Shown: positions 19,994-30,591, counted from the first letter of the stretch. The stretch: DNA of 64,000 nucleotides from an uncultured Sulfurovum sp. (GCA_902727935.1 CACVAX010000050.1:3475-67474), one strand, 5' to 3'. Numbers and translations: made by a program. The notes: generated by a model from the letters alone, not told the origin.

Positions 19994-21856
19994 CTAAGAA
20001 AACTCAACGGGATCCATATCTATTTCTATTAAAGAATTATTAACAGCATGTAAAGCTTTTAACAAAACACTCCGTGTTGAGGCTCGTAACAAAATATTAA
20101 AACGGTACTTATTGGCTATGCGTTCAATGGGTGCTTTTCCATGCCCCACAACCTCAACACCTTCAAAGCCTTTTAGCTTAGTCACCGTGTCGAGTGTTGT
20201 CTTTCCAGCTTTCTCTTCTTTGACATGAGAGATTAAAATACGTGCCAAGGAGACAAAAGGAGGATACATATCTTCTACAAAGAACATCTCATCTTTTAAA
20301 AATGCTTCATAGTCGTTGAGATATAGTGAAAAAAACTCTTCATTTTGTGACTGCACTATCACCTCGGCACTCTTGGCTCTACCTGAGCGCCCTGCCACTT
20401 GTAAAAGTAAGGACATCGCTCTTTCTCTAGCCCTATAGTCACCTAAGCCTAAGATATAATCCATTCCCAAGATAACCGAAAGCGTAATGTTCGCATAATC
20501 ATGCCCTTTAGAGAGCATCTGTGTTCCCAAAAGAAGCTGACTCTCTCGGTTCTCAAAACGCTTTAAAGCCTTTTTTAACTTCCCTGCTGTTGTAATGCTA
20601 TCTCTGTCAAACTGCTCTACTACCAGTTCGGGTATGCCATGCTCTATCATCTCTTTGGCTTCAGCTGTTCCCATGCGTTCGCTTGTCAAAGGAGTATGCC
20701 CACAAGTTGCACAAACTTCTCGAATGGCTTCGGTAAAGTTACAATAGTGGCACTTCAAATGCCTAACATTTCGGTGCAGTGCCATGCCTACTGAACAGTA
20801 AGGACAAAGATGCGTTGTTCCACATTTTTGACAATACAAGTACTTAAAGTTCCCACGTGTTGGTACAAAAAGAAGTGACTGTTCATCGGCTTCAAAATTG
20901 GCTTTTATTTTTTTTATCATTTGATTATTAAGTGTTGTTCCCTCTACAAAATGATAATGCTTTTGTGTCGCTATAAAAGGTTTTTTGAGTCGTACCACAG
21001 GGTATTTATGATACGAAGCCAAGCTGGGCGTGGCCGATGCCAACACTACTTTTGCCCCTAACTTTGCGCCCATGTAAACAGCCATGTCTCGTGCATGATA
21101 GCGTGGTTTCATCATGGCTTTATAAGAGTCATCATGCTCTTCATCCACAATAATTAGTCCAATATTTTCTAAAGGGGTAAAAAGTGCTGACCTTGCACCT
21201 GCCACAATATCTATTTCATTATTATAAATCTGTTCTAGTATTGCTTCTTTTTTCTTTTTGGTCAATTTAGAATGCCACATCACAATTCGTTTTCCAAAAT
21301 ACTTCTCTAAACGGGTTTGCATTTGAGGGGTCAAAGAGATTTCAGGCATAAGAAAAATAGACTGTTTACCCTCTTCTATTGTTTTTGCCATCAAACTTAT
21401 AAACACCTCTGTTTTACCCGAACCCGTCACCCCAAAAAGCAAAGCTCTCTCTTTACTTAGCAGTTCTTCATAAGCTTTTTGTTGGTCATTTGATAAGGTT
21501 GGTAGTCCGTAGGTTCGGTAACACCGAACATCAATATTATCATCATTTTTACATTCGGTGTTACCGAACCTACACGGCACAAACAATCCTAAAGCTTCCC
21601 CCAAAGAAGAGAAATAATAAGAAGCAATAAATTTAGCAACCTCTATCTGTTGAGAAGAGTAGTAAGTATTTAAAACCTTTACAACTTCAGATGTTTCAAA
21701 CTCTGTAGGCTTTTCCACCTCTTTTAAAATCATGGCCAATTTTGTTTTGGAATGAACAGGCACGTCTAATAATTGACCGATGTTTAAAGGTTTTTCAGAA
21801 TGGTAAGTGAGTGTGGGTGCTGAGGAGCGAAGGAGGGTGACTTGATAATAATAGAT
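19994..21856 (-). CDS. priA: Primosomal protein N' (helicase); start extended upstream of the GTG at 21763
   Basis: [12 protein letters not shown] and four CxxC motifs. The frame is open upstream (IYYYQVTLLRSSAPTLTY) to a GAGGAG RBS at 21868-21863. The start position is inferred. Confidence 0.9.
   Translation of the reverse strand: MYYYQVTLLRSSAPTLTYHSEKPLNIGQLLDVPVHSKTKLAMILKEVEKPTEFETSEVVKVLNTYYSSQQIEVAKFIASYYFSSLGEALGLFVPCRFGNTECKNDDNIDVRCYRTYGLPTLSNDQQKAYEELLSKERALLFGVTGSGKTEVFISLMAKTIEEGKQSIFLMPEISLTPQMQTRLEKYFGKRIVMWHSKLTKKKKEAILEQIYNNEIDIVAGARSALFTPLENIGLIIVDEEHDDSYKAMMKPRYHARDMAVYMGAKLGAKVVLASATPSLASYHKYPVVRLKKPFIATQKHYHFVEGTTLNNQMIKKIKANFEADEQSLLFVPTRGNFKYLYCQKCGTTHLCPYCSVGMALHRNVRHLKCHYCNFTEAIREVCATCGHTPLTSERMGTAEAKEMIEHGIPELVVEQFDRDSITTAGKLKKALKRFENRESQLLLGTQMLSKGHDYANITLSVILGMDYILGLGDYRARERAMSLLLQVAGRSGRAKSAEVIVQSQNEEFFSLYLNDYEAFLKDEMFFVEDMYPPFVSLARILISHVKEEKAGKTTLDTVTKLKGFEGVEVVGHGKAPIERIANKYRFNILLRASTRSVLLKALHAVNNSLIEIDMDPVEFS
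21509..21573. repeat. REP-like inverted doublet inside priA
   Basis: GTAGGTTCGGTAACACCGAA (21509-21528) and its perfect reverse complement (21554-21573), 25-bp spacer. Each arm is GTAG plus an internal hairpin. Confidence 0.85.
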
Positions 21857-21857
21857 A

Positions 21858-21893
21858 ATAATCTCCTCAATGAATTATGAGGAGATTATAGCA
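21858..21893 (-). promoter_or_regulatory. 12-bp inverted repeat covering the priA RBS and overlapping an extended -10
   Basis: ATAATCTCCTCA-N8-TGAGGAGATTAT; minus-strand TGCTATAAT at 21893-21885. Confidence 0.65.
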
Positions 21894-21899
21894 TAATGG

Positions 21900-22361
21900 T
21901 TAGTCGATGAGAGCATCACAACTCCCAGCTGTTTTACAAACAAATTTACCATCTGTTATTATAAAAATAGGGTTTCCAGCTGCTGAACTGTTAAATTTAT
22001 ATTCGGTTGTTGCTCCTGTTCCAGAGACTGACCAATGCCCTTTGCTCGTAGAAGATTTTAAAGCATATTCTAAGACTTCTTCTTTATTATTATCTTTATC
22101 AGCACTAAATACATCAAAAACATTCGTACCACTTCCCACACTCGTAATGGGGGTAAAATCACCACGCAAAATCCGTTTTTGTCTTTCCATAGAAAGTGCA
22201 TTTCGAATGGAAGCTACCGTAACTCTTGCTTTACTTATTTCAGCATCATCACGTGTGGCTGCGAGTCTTGGAATGGCTACTGCTGCTAAAATCCCAATCA
22301 CCACAATAACAAATATTAATTCTATCATGGTGAATGCTTGTTTTGATTTTTGATTTTTCAT
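21900..22361 (-). CDS. Type IV pilin/pseudopilin (prepilin N-methyl domain)
   Basis: AFTMIELIFVIVVIGILAAVAIP; C-terminal Cys pair. Confidence 0.9.
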   Translation of the reverse strand: MKNQKSKQAFTMIELIFVIVVIGILAAVAIPRLAATRDDAEISKARVTVASIRNALSMERQKRILRGDFTPITSVGSGTNVFDVFSADKDNNKEEVLEYALKSSTSKGHWSVSGTGATTEYKFNSSAAGNPIFIITDGKFVCKTAGSCDALID

Positions 22362-22382
22362 ATTATATATCCTTTAAATTGT

Positions 22383-22895
22383 TTATCTTTTGATTCGTAT
22401 GCCTGTAATGGCATGATCTCTACCCAATCCATCTGAAGCAATATTTTTTAATTCTAAAAGATGTCCCAAGTCTCCATCGACCGTTCCTTGCGTCACCGAA
22501 GCTGTGGTGGCATTGAGTCTGACAAATTTGTTTCCTGTTCCATTGTCTATCTTAGAAAATTTAAAAGTAATGGCTGCATCGGCTGAGGTTTGGGTTTCTT
22601 TGATTTTATTACAAACATAATAGTATTCTCCTGCATCACCACTTGAAGTAATGGGAGTTGTTTCATGGATTTCTACATTGGTCATATCTTTTATATTTGT
22701 AGAAAAATTTCCTTGTGAAGTATAATAAGAAGATAAGTCTCGCATAAATAAACCAACACTTTCTACACAAAAAGCTACCTTAGCATCATCCCTAGTTGTC
22801 ATTAATCTAGGAATAATAACTGTTGATAAAATACCAATCATAACAATTATAAAAACAAACTCAATAATTGTAAAAGCTTTTTTAGTACTCTTCAT
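22383..22895 (-). CDS. Pilin/pseudopilin paralogue
   Basis: AFTIIEFVFIIVMIGIL; clear paralogue of 22989-23501. Confidence 0.85.
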   Translation of the reverse strand: MKSTKKAFTIIEFVFIIVMIGILSTVIIPRLMTTRDDAKVAFCVESVGLFMRDLSSYYTSQGNFSTNIKDMTNVEIHETTPITSSGDAGEYYYVCNKIKETQTSADAAITFKFSKIDNGTGNKFVRLNATTASVTQGTVDGDLGHLLELKNIASDGLGRDHAITGIRIKR

Positions 22896-22953
22896 ATTTC
22901 TTCTTTTAAGTTTATATTTTTAAAATCAATTCATAATGAACTTAAAAATACAA

Positions 22954-22977
22954 ATTCCCAAAAAAGTGTTTGGGAAT
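22954..22977 (-). terminator. Hairpin after the first pilin gene
   Basis: ATTCCCAAA-N6-TTTGGGAAT followed by a T-rich tail on the minus strand. Confidence 0.6.
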
Positions 22978-22988
22978 AAAGAGTTATA

Positions 22989-23501
22989 TTATCTTTTTAC
23001 TCTAATACCAGAAATAGCATGATCTCTACCAACAGTCGTTGCAATATTTTTATTAGTTAACATTGTTCCTAAGTCACCATCAACTGTACCAAGAGCTACA
23101 CTAGCAGCAGTTGCAGTCATTGTTACTACGCTATTACCATTACCATCAGCTGCTCTGGCAAAATCAAAAGTAACAGCTGGAGTACCTGGAGTATTACAAT
23201 CATAAGTAAGCTGTCCTGCACTACCATTAGCTGCCATCTCTGAACCTGCAACTTCAGTTATTTCAACATTAGTCATAGTTGTTGCAGGTGTTGCAAATAC
23301 ACCTTGTGATGTATAGTAAGCAGAAACATCTTTAATTAAAGTAACAACATCTGCATTACACTGTGCCACCTTCGCATCATCACGAGTCGCTGCTAATCTT
23401 GGAATAGCAACTGCTGCTAAAATACCGATAATTACGATTACAAAGATCAATTCGATCATTGTAAAACCTTTTTTTGTTTGAACATTGTTTGTATTTGTCA
23501 T
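22989..23501 (-). CDS. Type IV pilin/pseudopilin, likely the major subunit
   Basis: KKG/FTMIELIFVIVIIGILAAVAIP; AAGGAG RBS; followed by a terminator. Confidence 0.9.
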   Translation of the reverse strand: MTNTNNVQTKKGFTMIELIFVIVIIGILAAVAIPRLAATRDDAKVAQCNADVVTLIKDVSAYYTSQGVFATPATTMTNVEITEVAGSEMAANGSAGQLTYDCNTPGTPAVTFDFARAADGNGNSVVTMTATAASVALGTVDGDLGTMLTNKNIATTVGRDHAISGIRVKR

Positions 23502-23642
23502 AAATACTCCTTAAAAATATTTTATAGTTCTTTTTCTTTATTTTAATGAACTAGGAGCATTATAAACTAAAAAATAATATAATTTACTTAATTAAATTAA
23601 TTATTTAAAAAAAATTTAATATTTTAATCATTAAGCATTTCA

Positions 23643-23861
23643 TTACTCTTTTAATTGATTTAATAATGTTTTAATTTGTTTTTCTGAACGAAACTCTTTA
23701 TGCATACTTTTTAAATAGAGCTGTAGTAGTTGGCGAATATCAATCTCTTCATCGAGGTTTACATTGTTATACTCTAAATCATCAAAAATATATTGAGCAA
23801 AGTCATCTTCTAAGTCAACTTCTAATCGTCGACTCGCAATCTTAAAAGTAATCTTTTTCAT
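23643..23861 (-). CDS. Small conserved hypothetical protein, possibly ZapA-like
   Basis: AGGAGG RBS; beta-beta-alpha N-terminus and coiled-coil C-terminus; divergent from uvrB. Confidence 0.6.
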   Translation of the reverse strand: MKKITFKIASRRLEVDLEDDFAQYIFDDLEYNNVNLDEEIDIRQLLQLYLKSMHKEFRSEKQIKTLLNQLKE

Positions 23862-23982
23862 ATAAACCTCCTTTTTTTGTGTTATGATTATAATAACATT
23901 AAATAGCTAAAGGATTAATCATTACTTCATTAGACAAATTAATACAACAAATTGAGCTAAAAAATAAATAAAGAATATCTAC

Positions 23983-25959
23983 ATGCCTACTTTTACCGTA
24001 AACTCCAAATATCAACCAGCAGGTGACCAACCCTCAGCCATTAAAACTTTAACCAACTCCATAAAAGAGGGAAACCAATACCAAACCTTATTAGGAGTGA
24101 CAGGTTCAGGAAAAACCTACACCATGGCAAAAGTCATAGAAGCCACCAACAAACCCACGCTCATTATGACCCATAACAAAACACTCGCAGCCCAACTCTA
24201 CTCAGAATTTAGAAGTTTTTTTCCTAACAATCATGTAGAGTATTTCATCTCTTACTATGACTACTACCAACCAGAAGCTTACATTCCTCGTCAAGACCTT
24301 TTTATAGAAAAGGACTCTTCTATCAATGAAGAGTTAGAACGCCTAAGACTCTCCACCACGGCTTCACTTCTTTCGCATAAAGATGTGATTGTCATCGCTT
24401 CGGTTTCGGCTAACTATGGTTTAGGAAGTCCTGAAGACTACAAAACCATTGTCCAAAAACTAGCAGTAGGAGAAGAGTATGCCCAAAAAGCCCTGCTTCT
24501 TAAACTCGTAGAAATGGGTTACAAACGAAACGATGAATTCTTTGACCGTGGAGACTTTAGGGTCAATGGAGAAGTCATTGACATTTACCCAGCGTATAAT
24601 GAAGAGTTTGCTTATCGTGTGGAATTTTTTGGCGATGAGATAGAAGATGTCTATACCTTTAATACCCTTACAGGTGAAAAAATAGAACACTTTAAAGAAG
24701 CCACCATTTACGCTGCGAACCAATTTATTGTTTCGCAAGAAAAACTAGCCTTAGCTGTTAAAAGCATCGAAGAAGAACTCGGTGAACGTTTGGCTTTTTA
24801 CCAAAAAGAAGACCGAATGTTAGAGTACAACCGTCTTAAACAACGCGTTGAATTTGATTTAGAGATGATAGAAGCCACAGGCATGTGTAAAGGAATCGAA
24901 AACTATTCCCGACACCTCACAGGAAAAGCCGAAGGAGAAACCCCATTTTCGATGATGGACTATTTTGAAGCGATGCACGGACATGATTTTTTATGTATTG
25001 TCGATGAGTCTCATGTTTCACTTTCACAATTTAGAGGCATGTACGCAGGAGACCGAAGCCGTAAGGAGGTGTTGGTAGAACATGGGTTTAGACTTCCTTC
25101 AGCCTTAGACAACCGACCTCTTATGTTTGACGAATACATCAACAAAGCCCCTTATTTTCTTTTTGTTTCAGCAACCCCCAATGAGTTAGAAATCAATCTC
25201 TCTGCTACCGTAGCTGAACAAGTGGTACGTCCTACAGGTTTACTTGACCCACCTATTGAAGTGATATCAAGTACTTACCAAGTCGAAAACCTCCATGACC
25301 GAATGAAGCCTGTGATTGAAAAAGGTGAACGTGTTTTAGTAACGGTACTGACTAAAAAAATGGCAGAAGAGTTAAGCACCTACTACAATGACCTTGGACT
25401 TAGAGTGCGTTACATGCACTCCGACCTTGATGCCATTGAGCGAAACCAAGTGATTCGTGCTTTACGTTTAGGAGAGTTTGACATTTTAGTGGGGATTAAC
25501 CTGCTTAGAGAAGGACTCGATTTACCAGAAGTGAGTTTGGTGGCTATTTTAGATGCTGATAAAGAGGGGTTTCTACGTTCTAAAACTTCGCTTATTCAAA
25601 CCTCGGGAAGAGCTGCTAGAAATGCGAATGGTCAAGTACTGATGTATGCTAATAAAATGACCAACTCCATGAAAGAGACCATTGAAATCACCTCTAAGCG
25701 TCGTGAAACACAAATGGCTTACAATAAAGAGCATGGTATCACCCCTCAAACAACCCTGCGTGAACTCGACACCGACTTAAAAGTTGATGATGCAGGTGAA
25801 CTCTACAACAAAGAATCCAAAATGGACAAAATGCCCAAAGCAGAACGCCAAAAAATGCTTCAAGAGTTAAAAGCCAAAATGTTAGTCGCTGCTAAAAACT
25901 TGGAATTTGAAGAGGCTGCAAGGTTGCGTGACCAAATTGCAAAAATTAAAAAGTTGTAA
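23983..25959 (+). CDS. uvrB: Excinuclease ABC subunit B
   Basis: [22 protein letters not shown] and [10 protein letters not shown] motifs. Confidence 0.98.
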   Translation: MPTFTVNSKYQPAGDQPSAIKTLTNSIKEGNQYQTLLGVTGSGKTYTMAKVIEATNKPTLIMTHNKTLAAQLYSEFRSFFPNNHVEYFISYYDYYQPEAYIPRQDLFIEKDSSINEELERLRLSTTASLLSHKDVIVIASVSANYGLGSPEDYKTIVQKLAVGEEYAQKALLLKLVEMGYKRNDEFFDRGDFRVNGEVIDIYPAYNEEFAYRVEFFGDEIEDVYTFNTLTGEKIEHFKEATIYAANQFIVSQEKLALAVKSIEEELGERLAFYQKEDRMLEYNRLKQRVEFDLEMIEATGMCKGIENYSRHLTGKAEGETPFSMMDYFEAMHGHDFLCIVDESHVSLSQFRGMYAGDRSRKEVLVEHGFRLPSALDNRPLMFDEYINKAPYFLFVSATPNELEINLSATVAEQVVRPTGLLDPPIEVISSTYQVENLHDRMKPVIEKGERVLVTVLTKKMAEELSTYYNDLGLRVRYMHSDLDAIERNQVIRALRLGEFDILVGINLLREGLDLPEVSLVAILDADKEGFLRSKTSLIQTSGRAARNANGQVLMYANKMTNSMKETIEITSKRRETQMAYNKEHGITPQTTLRELDTDLKVDDAGELYNKESKMDKMPKAERQKMLQELKAKMLVAAKNLEFEEAARLRDQIAKIKKL

Positions 25960-25991
25960 GCTATAATACACAAAACCAAATAAGGCAAAAA

Positions 25992-28079
25992 ATGAGCATC
26001 GACTTAACCTCCCCCGACCTCTATTTCAACCGTGAACTTTCATGGCTAAAGTTTAACTCACGCGTTCTTGCACAAGCAAAAAATCAAGCCTTACCCCCAC
26101 TAGAACGTCTAAAATTTTTGGCTATTTATGGCACAAACTTGGATGAATTTTACATGATTCGTGTCGCAGGACTCAAGGCACTTTTTAAAGCACGTGTTCA
26201 AGAGACAGCCATTGATAAAATGACGCCGTCTGAACAACTAAGTGCCATTCATAAAACCATTCATAAAGAACAAAAGGTTGTCGAATCTACTTTCAATACC
26301 ATTATGGAAGACCTACAAGAGCATAAAGTTTCCATAAAATCTTTTACGGAACTTAGTCCAAAACAACAAGAAGTTATAGAAAATGAATTTTTTGAACAAC
26401 TCTATCCTGTGATTATGCCCATTGCCATTGATACCACCCACCCTTTTCCTCACTTAAACAATCTAAGCTTTGCCTTAGCTCTAAAGTTTGAGAATAAAAA
26501 AGGCAAGATTCTGCATGGGCTTATTCGTATTCCTCGAATTTTACCTCGCTTCTTAAAAGTAGACCACTGTTATGTTCCCATTGAAAACGTGGTTGACCAT
26601 TTTTCGGGCGAACTTTTTGGAGGGCTTAAAAAGATAGCCTCTACCCCTTTTAGGGTGACGCGTAATGCCGACTTAGAAATTGAAGAAGAAGAAGCTGATG
26701 ATTTTATAGAGATTATGGAAGAGGGACTTCGTACGAGAAACAGAGGAAAACTTGTGCGTTTAGAACTCATGGACAATATCGATGAAGACCTTATTGGTTT
26801 TTTAACCACTCATTTAGAGCTTGACCATCATGATATCTACCAATATAATATTCCTCTAAATCTTGGAACACTTTGGAGCATTGTAGGAGAAGCTTCTTTA
26901 TCACACTTAACCTTACCTACTTATAGCCCTAAAAACCTTCCCCCTCTTTCTGAAAATAAAGACCTTTTTAAAGCCATAGAGAATCGAGACATTCTTCTTT
27001 ATCATCCTTTTGAAAGCTTTGACCCTGTGGTACGTTTCATTAAAGAAGCAGCTGATGACCCTCAAACACTCTCCATTCGTATGACGCTTTACCGTGTGGG
27101 TAAAAACTCTCCCATCGTTAAAGCCCTTATCCAAGCAGCCACCGATGGAAAACAAGTCACCGTACTCGTAGAACTCAAAGCACGATTTGACGAAGAAAAC
27201 AACCTACACTGGGCAAGAGCCTTAGAAGAAGCTGGCGCGCATGTTATCTATGGGATTAAAGGCTTAAAAGTACATGCCAAAGTAGCCCAAGTTACCAAAC
27301 GAAAAGAAAATAAATTACAAGCTTATGTGCATCTTGGAACAGGTAATTATAATCCTATTACTTCTCGTATCTATACGGATATTTCTTATTTTAGTTCCAA
27401 ACAAGAGTTCAACATTGATGTTACTAAATTTTTTCATTTTATTACAGGTTTTTCAAATCATAGTAAACTCAAAACACTCACCCTTTCTCCTGAACACATT
27501 AAACCCAAACTTATTAGCATGATTGAGCATGAAGCAAGTCATAAAGAAAATGGTCACATTGTGTTAAAAGCAAACTCCTTGGTTGACCCTGACATTATTC
27601 AAGCCCTTTACCAAGCTTCTATTGTGGGTGTAAAAATTCAACTCATTATACGAGGTATTTGTACCCTAAGACCTGGGGTTAAAAATGTTAGTGAAAATAT
27701 TTCTGTGCATTCTATTATTGGAAAATACCTTGAACATCCACGTATTTATGTTTTTAAACATGATGAAAATGAATGTTATATCTCTTCTGCTGATTTAATG
27801 CCAAGAAACCTTATTCGTCGTATTGAAATTTTAACCCCCATTAAAGAACCTGCATTAGCACAAAAAATTAAACAACTTCTTTCCCTACAACTACAAGACA
27901 ACCAACTCTCTTGGCGTCTTAAAAGTTCAGGAGAATACAAGCAAGTAAAACACAGTGAAGACAAAGCCATTAATAACCATGAGATTTTAGAAGAGTACAT
28001 AACAGCCATCCATAATAAAAGCCAAAAAGAGACCCCTGAATATGTTACTAAGTTGGCAAAAAAAGTATTAAAAGATTAA
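25992..28079 (+). CDS. ppk1: Polyphosphate kinase 1
   Basis: NRELSWL.FN.RVL, ELKARFDEENN and GLKVHAK motifs. Confidence 0.97.
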   Translation: MSIDLTSPDLYFNRELSWLKFNSRVLAQAKNQALPPLERLKFLAIYGTNLDEFYMIRVAGLKALFKARVQETAIDKMTPSEQLSAIHKTIHKEQKVVESTFNTIMEDLQEHKVSIKSFTELSPKQQEVIENEFFEQLYPVIMPIAIDTTHPFPHLNNLSFALALKFENKKGKILHGLIRIPRILPRFLKVDHCYVPIENVVDHFSGELFGGLKKIASTPFRVTRNADLEIEEEEADDFIEIMEEGLRTRNRGKLVRLELMDNIDEDLIGFLTTHLELDHHDIYQYNIPLNLGTLWSIVGEASLSHLTLPTYSPKNLPPLSENKDLFKAIENRDILLYHPFESFDPVVRFIKEAADDPQTLSIRMTLYRVGKNSPIVKALIQAATDGKQVTVLVELKARFDEENNLHWARALEEAGAHVIYGIKGLKVHAKVAQVTKRKENKLQAYVHLGTGNYNPITSRIYTDISYFSSKQEFNIDVTKFFHFITGFSNHSKLKTLTLSPEHIKPKLISMIEHEASHKENGHIVLKANSLVDPDIIQALYQASIVGVKIQLIIRGICTLRPGVKNVSENISVHSIIGKYLEHPRIYVFKHDENECYISSADLMPRNLIRRIEILTPIKEPALAQKIKQLLSLQLQDNQLSWRLKSSGEYKQVKHSEDKAINNHEILEEYITAIHNKSQKETPEYVTKLAKKVLKD

Positions 28080-28088
28080 AGGATTTAG

Positions 28089-28616
28089 ATGTTGATAAAA
28101 TACAAAAACTGGACACCCCAACTCAAAAAAGGAGCTTGGATAGCCCAAGGTGCAACCGTCATCGGACGAACAAGCATGGGTGAAGACGCTGCTGTGTGGT
28201 TTGGCTGTGTGGTACGTGGTGATGTTCATCATATTAGCATTGGAAATCGTTCGAATATTCAAGACCTCTCCATGATACATGTAACACATCATAAAAAAGA
28301 AGACATGAGTGATGGACATCCTACGGTGATTGGGAATGATGTCACCGTGGGTCATAGGGTTATGCTTCATGGCTGTACCATTGAAGATGCCTGTCTCATT
28401 GGCATGTCAGCAACCATTTTAGATGGTGCTGTTATAGGTAAAGAATCTATTGTGGGTGCTGGTTCATTGGTGACTAAAAACAAAATATTTCCTCCAAGAA
28501 GCCTTATTATGGGAAGCCCAGCCAAACGTGTTCGTGAATTAACTGCTGCTGAAATCAAAGAACTTTACGCTTCAGCAGCCAGATACGTAGAATTTAAAAA
28601 TAATTATTTAGAGTAA
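28089..28616 (+). CDS. Gamma carbonic anhydrase family protein
   Basis: Hexapeptide repeats; RGDV, NIQD and TVGH..MLHGC motifs. Confidence 0.92.
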   Translation: MLIKYKNWTPQLKKGAWIAQGATVIGRTSMGEDAAVWFGCVVRGDVHHISIGNRSNIQDLSMIHVTHHKKEDMSDGHPTVIGNDVTVGHRVMLHGCTIEDACLIGMSATILDGAVIGKESIVGAGSLVTKNKIFPPRSLIMGSPAKRVRELTAAEIKELYASAARYVEFKNNYLE

Positions 28617-29270
28617 ATGATGATAGCTACCATTAAAAAAAGTCTACAAGATATTTTAAGCCCTATGGTTTTAAAATTTATTTTAAAAATTGGTTTAGGA
28701 AGCATTGGTATTTGGATTGCTATTCTATGGTACTTTTGGGAATCTTTTTCAAATTTTGTTACGGCATATCTTACTTGGATACCTTGGGACTGGGCAAGAG
28801 AAGGAATTACTTTTGTCGCAGCTCCTTTTTTGGGCTACACACTGATTATTGTAACCATTGCCATTTTGACCTCTTTATACAGTGAAAGTCTACTGATTGC
28901 TTTGGCAAAAAAACACTATCCTGATAAAAAAGCCATTGCTTCACCAAGCATTAGAGGATCAATTTCTTCAACATTTAGTTCAACCTTGGTGTTTGCTTTT
29001 TTATTTATTATTCTTTCACCCACATTTCTTATTCCTTTTGTGGGACAAATTATTATGCTTTATGTTTGGTCTATTTTACTCAAAGCACCTACAGTACATG
29101 ATGTCGGTGGTTTATTTATAACTGATAAAAAAGAACTTAAACTCAAAAGAAAGAAATCTAACCTCATTGCTATGATAGCTTCTCTATTCAATTACGTTCC
29201 TCTTCTTAATATTTTTGCTCCTATCTTCGCTCAAATTATGTTTCTACATCATATTTTAGGGAAAAAATAG
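28617..29270 (+). CDS. EI24/CysZ-like membrane protein
   Basis: Multiple TM helices; LIPFVG and YVPLLNIFAP motifs. Confidence 0.65.
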   Translation: MMIATIKKSLQDILSPMVLKFILKIGLGSIGIWIAILWYFWESFSNFVTAYLTWIPWDWAREGITFVAAPFLGYTLIIVTIAILTSLYSESLLIALAKKHYPDKKAIASPSIRGSISSTFSSTLVFAFLFIILSPTFLIPFVGQIIMLYVWSILLKAPTVHDVGGLFITDKKELKLKRKKSNLIAMIASLFNYVPLLNIFAPIFAQIMFLHHILGKK

Positions 29271-29330
29271 AGGAAGAGGAAACAATAAAACACAATTTTA
29301 TGCTAGAATTAAATAAAAAGGATTTTAAGT

Positions 29331-30548
29331 ATGTATAAAATAAAAAAATTAACACTTTTAGCATTAGTATTAATGCTAAGTGCTGGGTGTATTCAAAGGC
29401 AACAGACAACAACAGTGCAAAACCCTAATGAACTCCCCATTGCCACTACTACCCCCCTTCCAAACACCCCCTCTATCTATCAACCTAATACCCCAACTAC
29501 TACTTATCCCCCATCAGGACAAGTAATCTATACAGAACCTGTCTACACTCAACCTGTTGAACCTGATTATGTCCCACAAAGAACCCCCTATTTACAAGGT
29601 GCTTATGGAAGCAATACAAAGCTTAAAGCATTTATTAATACCATTTCCAAAAAATACAACTATGATGCATATGAACTCAATGCCATCTTTTCAACTGTCA
29701 GTAGAGATACAGAAGCACTCAAAAAATACAATGTTTATAAAACAGCCAAGCCTAGCTACTCAAAAGCTGAACAAATTGGTTCATGGGATAAATACCGTGC
29801 AAATTTCTTAAGCACTTCACGCATTAACAAAGGGGTAGCTTTTTGGCAAGAAAACGCACACTATCTCAATAAAGCAGCCCAAAAATATGGAGTAGCACCA
29901 GAATATATTGTAGGGATTATAGGAGTAGAAACAAACTTTGGTGGCTACACAGGAACACACTCTGTCCTTAATGCCTTAACCACCCTTTCCATAGAATATA
30001 CAGCTCGTGCTAAATTTTTCACCTCTGAACTGGAAAACTATCTGCTCATGCTCAAAGATGAAAAAGTACATCCACAAAAAATCAAAGGTTCGTATGCTGG
30101 GGCTTTTGGATTAGCACAATTTATGCCAAGTTCATTTAGAGAATTTGCCATCGACTTCGATGGTGATGGACATATTAACCTCTTTAATAAAGCTGATGCT
30201 ATTGGAAGTATTGCCAACTATTTTATAGGTCGAGGTAAATGGCAGCCACGTCTTCCTGTTACCATGAAAACCTATTATAATAAAGCAAGATTTTATGGCG
30301 TAGCCACAGGACACAAAACAAGCTATACACAAGCATATCTCTATCAATTAGGTATGCGACCAAGTTCTAATTTTGCTGGATATAAAGGAAATGTCTCTTT
30401 AATTAAACTTAGTAAATATGATAGAGATGAACTTTGGTGGGGAACCCCAAACTTCCGTGCCATTACCCGTTATAACCCAAGAGATCATTATGCTATGGCT
30501 GTTCACCAGCTATCATTGGCTATTAGAAAAGCCAAATATGGTAGATAA
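29331..30548 (+). CDS. mltB: Lytic murein transglycosylase B lipoprotein
   Basis: Lipobox SAGC, Pro/Thr linker, GIIGVETNFG, GSYAGAFGLAQFMPSS and DFDGDGHI motifs. Confidence 0.92.
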   Translation: MYKIKKLTLLALVLMLSAGCIQRQQTTTVQNPNELPIATTTPLPNTPSIYQPNTPTTTYPPSGQVIYTEPVYTQPVEPDYVPQRTPYLQGAYGSNTKLKAFINTISKKYNYDAYELNAIFSTVSRDTEALKKYNVYKTAKPSYSKAEQIGSWDKYRANFLSTSRINKGVAFWQENAHYLNKAAQKYGVAPEYIVGIIGVETNFGGYTGTHSVLNALTTLSIEYTARAKFFTSELENYLLMLKDEKVHPQKIKGSYAGAFGLAQFMPSSFREFAIDFDGDGHINLFNKADAIGSIANYFIGRGKWQPRLPVTMKTYYNKARFYGVATGHKTSYTQAYLYQLGMRPSSNFAGYKGNVSLIKLSKYDRDELWWGTPNFRAITRYNPRDHYAMAVHQLSLAIRKAKYGR

Positions 30549-30552
30549 TTTT

Positions 30553-30591
30553 AAAACGTGTAGATTTGAAATTCTCAAATCTACACGTTTT
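30553..30591. terminator. Bidirectional terminator
   Basis: Perfect 17-bp inverted repeat AAAACGTGTAGATTTGA-N5-TCAAATCTACACGTTTT between convergent genes. Confidence 0.8.

Noticed and set aside
21900-23501. Pilins as conductive e-pili linked to the cytochrome operon
   Set aside because: They are long pilins without obvious aromatic enrichment, lie more than 12 kb away, and occupy the usual priA-linked competence position.
30553-30591. 17-bp perfect inverted repeat as a MITE or REP
   Set aside because: It sits between convergent stop codons with A/T tails on both sides, so a bidirectional terminator explains it.
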